From positions 9,239 to 73,238 of the forward strand of contig RDEW01000078.1 of assembly GCA_011109175.1 (NCBI GenBank): a DNA stretch of 64,000 nucleotides, read 5' to 3'. The notes under the pieces are model-generated. The model ran no database searches, was not told the origin of the DNA, and saw only the letters and a program-made list of their open reading frames with translations. The translations under genes and the position numbers were made by a program. This DNA comes from Dicyema japonicum. Taxonomy: Eukaryota; Animalia; Dicyemida. Positions 59,620-64,000 of this stretch are shown one piece after another. Positions within the stretch are counted from its first letter, which is position 1, and every line of letters starts with the position of its first letter.

Positions 59620-61100
59620 GGAAATTTGCAAACTTCACAATTATGAATTACTTTTCTGATATCTTAATCTCGACAATGATGATCTTTATCTACATTCATA
59701 GTCAATTTTATTTACTTCTCCGAGTGAAATCTCTGTAATACGCCACGAGCTCCATTTCGGAGTCAAATCCAGAGATATGACTTGCTTGGGATCAGTGCAT
59801 TTAAGATACAGTCCATACATTTATTGCACATCTACAATAACTTTCTCTATCTTCTGAAGAGGCCTATATTTTCGGTGCCTCAGAAAATTTTCGGGAATTT
59901 ATATCCAAAGCATCTTTTAAAATTTCATATTCCACTCAATCTTTTAAAAACCCATTACACAAAACAGCCTTCCACCCTAGATATCACACTACGAAACTTA
60001 TGTTTGCCGCTATAAAAAAATTAAATATTTGCTTCAGTAAAATAATAAAAAATAATCTGAATATAATCACGATAGAAATCGTAGGTAAAAAATTAAATGT
60101 CGGATAATCAGAGGAATTTTTCAAGGCCAGAAAATGTAACGAGCAGCCCATGTCTCATAATAAACCCCCGAAAATTGAGAACAATTCATTATCCATCATT
60201 CCCTGATAAAGAAGTACAACCAACAAAATAGCAGATCTTTTAACGTCACGAGAAGAGTCTGACGTGATTAACTTCTTCTATAACCATCTACTAATCCAAA
60301 TCATTACCTAATCCTAACCATTTCCTAACCCTACCACTACCTTAATTCAATCTATTGAGCTCTATTAACATAGGAGTTTAACCTCACTTTATAGATTATT
60401 TAACCTTACAATTGAGGGGTTGCCTTATTTTTGAATTTTTATGAAAAAAAGTAAACACAACATGATGACAAAATTACAAAGCAGAATGGCATAAAAATTT
60501 TTAACTCGAGATTATTTAATTTGTGACATCAACACAAATAACAGTTGCTTCTTTTGAGACGATACTCTGCAAAACAAAATTTGTAATATACGTCAATAAT
60601 ATTAAATATATATTTAAAGTCATCATTGGCCTGGGACCATTTACTTAAATCCACCAAGTCCATTTGAAATCTTTCTCGAGGAAACTTTGCTTTAATGTGA
60701 ATCAAATGGAATTTGAGCTTTTAACGGTTGGCTTTGTGAACATGCTGTGGATCAGGAACATAAATCACGTATAATGGATCTTTTGATGGTGAAATAATAA
60801 TTGTCGCATAATTATTTCAGTTTATTGATTCCATAATGAGTGGTCAAATGCTGTTTCATGCATTCTATCTTCATAGTTTGAATATCGTCTTGAGCCATAA
60901 TATTGTTTATGAGCCTCATCATTTGTATAGAGTTTAGAATATTCCAACAACCAAAAATTGGCTTTCTTAATAAACCGAAATTTTTGCATTCGTGTAAAAT
61001 TTTGGTTGATGATCTTGCATTGTAGACATGTAACAATATCATCGTATTCTTGGTAGTCCTGATCATACTTTTAATATGCATTTTTCTAACACGGATAGTA
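59620..61100 (-). mobile_element. Stand-alone integrase element C, degenerate
   Basis: HLTTHYGINK...IIRDLCS..TAC (H2C2 finger remnant), KAKFPRERFQMDLVDLSKWSQANDDFKYIFNIIDVYYKFCF, and downstream LDLTPKW..W.ITEI. Confidence 0.7.
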
Positions 61101-62154
61101 AACTGATGGTGAACGAGGTCGTCTATTTTCCGATAAATAGCTATCTAGAGCGTTATCGGATACATCCATCTGTTTCGCCGGCATCAAGTACACCTTAGTA
61201 AACCAAACCAGATACTAAGTCTCAGCTTCAACGACAAAAATCTAAATTTCTTACTTTAGGGTACAACCTGTTTAAAAATCCGTGAAAAAAACAACGGAAG
61301 TTGAGTTGATGGAACAGACACTAGGTGATGATTCTTCCTGCTATCCACGTGGTTATAAAAGGTACTGGCAGAACATAAATGCGTACTCATCTTCAAAAAT
61401 CCGTTGGGCAGAGAAATCATTTTGTGTAAAACAGGTGAAATTTACAGAATTTGATGAATCCAGAAGGGTATTGAATTAACTCTTTTTTGGGAATAAAGTT
61501 GAGTTATCACGATTTTGCAAAATATCAGTATTTTTTACATTCTTAAGCACTAAAGAATCAAATAAGCAGTAAACGAGGTCGGATTTATTCATAACGCCGT
61601 TAATTTGACACAAAGCAGTGACATAAAATCTAAAAATTACAAGCATCACTTTAATAAAATAAGTCGGCGTTTTCTAAATGAAGAAACTCAGGAGAAGGTC
61701 AAAAAGCCTGCAATTCACGCATTTGACAAAATAAACATGTAAAAGTAAATCCATGTGTCGCACATAATAAATTAGACAAAGTATTTGCAGAATTTTATCG
61801 GTTTCCTTAAATAGATTATTGAGACATATAATCATGAGGGCAATCAGTTTGGAACTGTTAGAAAATTGTGTGAAATGAGGGATTTTTTAAAGTCCTTGTA
61901 ATCTTAATAGTTTTCGAACAGGTAATTGGAAGTGTGGTTTCGTCGATTATAATTTCTTTTAGGTGTATTATTCAACTTTGAGGTAACTTTCAGGGAAAAC
62001 AATACTTAACAAGATCACAGCTAATTTAAATTTATTAATTAATTAATAAAATTTACAAAACAATACTAATGAAAAGTAAAAAAAATTAATAATCATTAAT
62101 CCCAATGCCTACATTTATAGCAGACAGATTTAAACATTCTTCTTTACTTGCAAC

Positions 62155-63480
62155 CAGGGTTGTTAGATTTAAATCATTTGATTTAATCAACAAAAAATCA
62201 ATGATTTAAATCATTTAAATTTTTTTAAAGTCTGGAAGAAAGCGTGATGCCTTGTGGGTTCACTTCGATAAACGTATTATTCCTGGAAAGACCGGGAGTC
62301 GAGCCAGATTCCGTAATTGCGGGAAGGATGTACAAGGCCTTTTATCTCGGATGAGGCAGCATAATTTGTTATGTTATGTCGAACTAATTTTGATATCTCT
62401 GATAATCCGTCGAAACCTGAAAGTGAATTGATCAGCGAATTCCTCCCAAGGATGAGGAACGCTTTAATCAATTTCGTTACTACGACGACGTCTGATTTGC
62501 AACTCGGTAGATACATATATTCCAGTAACACTCCTTTTGCTGCTGTAGAACATCCGGAATTTGTCAAATTCGTCCAAATGCTTCTTCCTGGGTATCATTT
62601 ACCATCTCGTAATCAATTTGGTAATCTATTATTCGATCGTGTGTAAGACCAAATACATGAAGACTGTCGGCAAAGACTCCAGGACAAGACAGTGTCTATG
62701 ATGTTGGACGGGTGGAGCAACATTCATAATGAACCTGCTATTTGTGTGCCAGTTGTAACATCGGATGGGGAAAGCTCTAATTGACACTGAGGCTGATTAA
62801 ACCAATAGCTGTCGCTTTAAACAAAATTCAAAATGATTCTACGACGATTAGTCATGCTGTAGATATTTGGATTGAACTTGAACAGACTTATATTGATTAT
62901 TAATGTACGACTATTTTAGAAAATGTGAAAACTCGAGCAGATAAGGCATTAACACCTTTTCACCTACTTGCGAATCTAATGGATCCAACACGAAGTGGAA
63001 GATCTCTTTCAACTGCTAGATTGACATCGACTTGGTGTATTGTGCTGAACATTATGAATATGCTCTTCCGACTCTGATTAATTTCAGAGCAAAAGGTGTT
63101 ACATATAAACTATAGATGTGCGCTCCGAATTTATTGAGCAAAATATCACCTATAGCTTGGTGGGAGTAAAAGTCTAACCATTTATCTTCTGAAATAATTT
63201 CACTCTGCAAAAAATTCTTGAAGCAGCTTCCATAGGTAAAATAGAACGAATTTTTTAGACTTTTGGATTCTTACATTCAAATGTACGAATTAGGCTGGAA
63301 ATTAAAAAGCAGCCAAACTTGTCGTGTTTACAATTTTTTAAATAAATATGATTTCGATTGTTTTTATTTTTATTTTACTTTGTCTCCGAAAAAATCATCT
63401 AATTCAAAAAATCTGATTTAAATAAAAAATCAGATTTTTTCGAATTTTTTCATAAAAATCATGATTTTTAACAACTTCTG
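62155..63480 (+). mobile_element. hAT transposon, internally deleted, with intact ends
   Basis: Imperfect TIRs CAGGGTTGTTA and TAACAACTTCTG, 8-bp TSD cttgcaac (62147-62154) and cctgcaac (63481-63488), and GATTTAAATC subterminal repeats. BED finger remnant KRDALWVHF...FRNC...H...C, plus SNTPF..VEHPEF, MMLDGWSN and LANLMDP. Confidence 0.9.
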
Positions 63481-64000
63481 CCTGCAACTAACAATCAAAT
63501 AATCCTATAATCATTAATATGCAATAAGTAGAGATTCCAATAATCTTTTTCATAAAGAATAATCATTAATCTTAGAACTTTTACCCTTAATTATGTTATC
63601 TCAAGGTGGGCTTCATACGTATCTCAAAATACACTTCCCCATCCACGATAATAGAAATCATAGAATCTTCGATTTACTTCAAGTGATAATCGCTAAAATG
63701 ATAAAATAAGCCTGTTCCTCATGAAGGTTTGTATTTTCCTTTTGACAACTTTAGATTATTATTTATATTTTAAAAGTATGGACAGCCTAGACATCAAAAT
63801 GACAGCCCGAGTTGGTCCTAATATCAACTTCCGATTAATATAGTGGTGATGTATTTTACACTTCCTGTCTATTTCTTTTTCATGTGCTTCAAATTACTAC
63901 TTCATAACTGAGATCTTACATAACTTTTCTAATAACTCGTTCGATAAGGCTACATCGAAAGTTCGGACAATGTGAGAGATTAGGTTTTGACTTTCCCGTG

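Overview
Strongly AT-rich eukaryotic DNA from an animal (it encodes cadherin-family and ZER1-like proteins) with extremely short spliceosomal introns, mostly 20-27 nt GT-AG. This suggests a reduced parasitic metazoan such as a dicyemid, which is an inference only. Most of the window is decayed transposable elements: CRE-like, RTE-like and Jockey/I-like LINEs, two tRNA-headed SINE families, hAT elements with intact ends, Gypsy and BEL/Pao remnants, and three related stand-alone integrase elements. The host genes are an intact 744-aa protocadherin-like gene (21253-23584), a frameshifted paralog (36911-39086), a third paralog fragment (82-240), an ESCO/Eco1 pseudogene (about 12.0-13.0 kb) and a ZER1/ZYG11-like gene (53881-56275). 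The most notable structure is the dispersed protocadherin cluster. Its paralogs are divergent in EC1/EC2 and in the cytoplasmic tail but nearly identical in two internal tracts, consistent with gene conversion. One copy carries an in-frame duplicated transmembrane segment. Positions 82-3124 are a deleted, collinear copy of about 38514-47656. Five short duplications joined by a single N (9.8-12.9 kb) look like assembly artefacts. All splicing models and alignments were done by eye and need RNA-seq or read confirmation.
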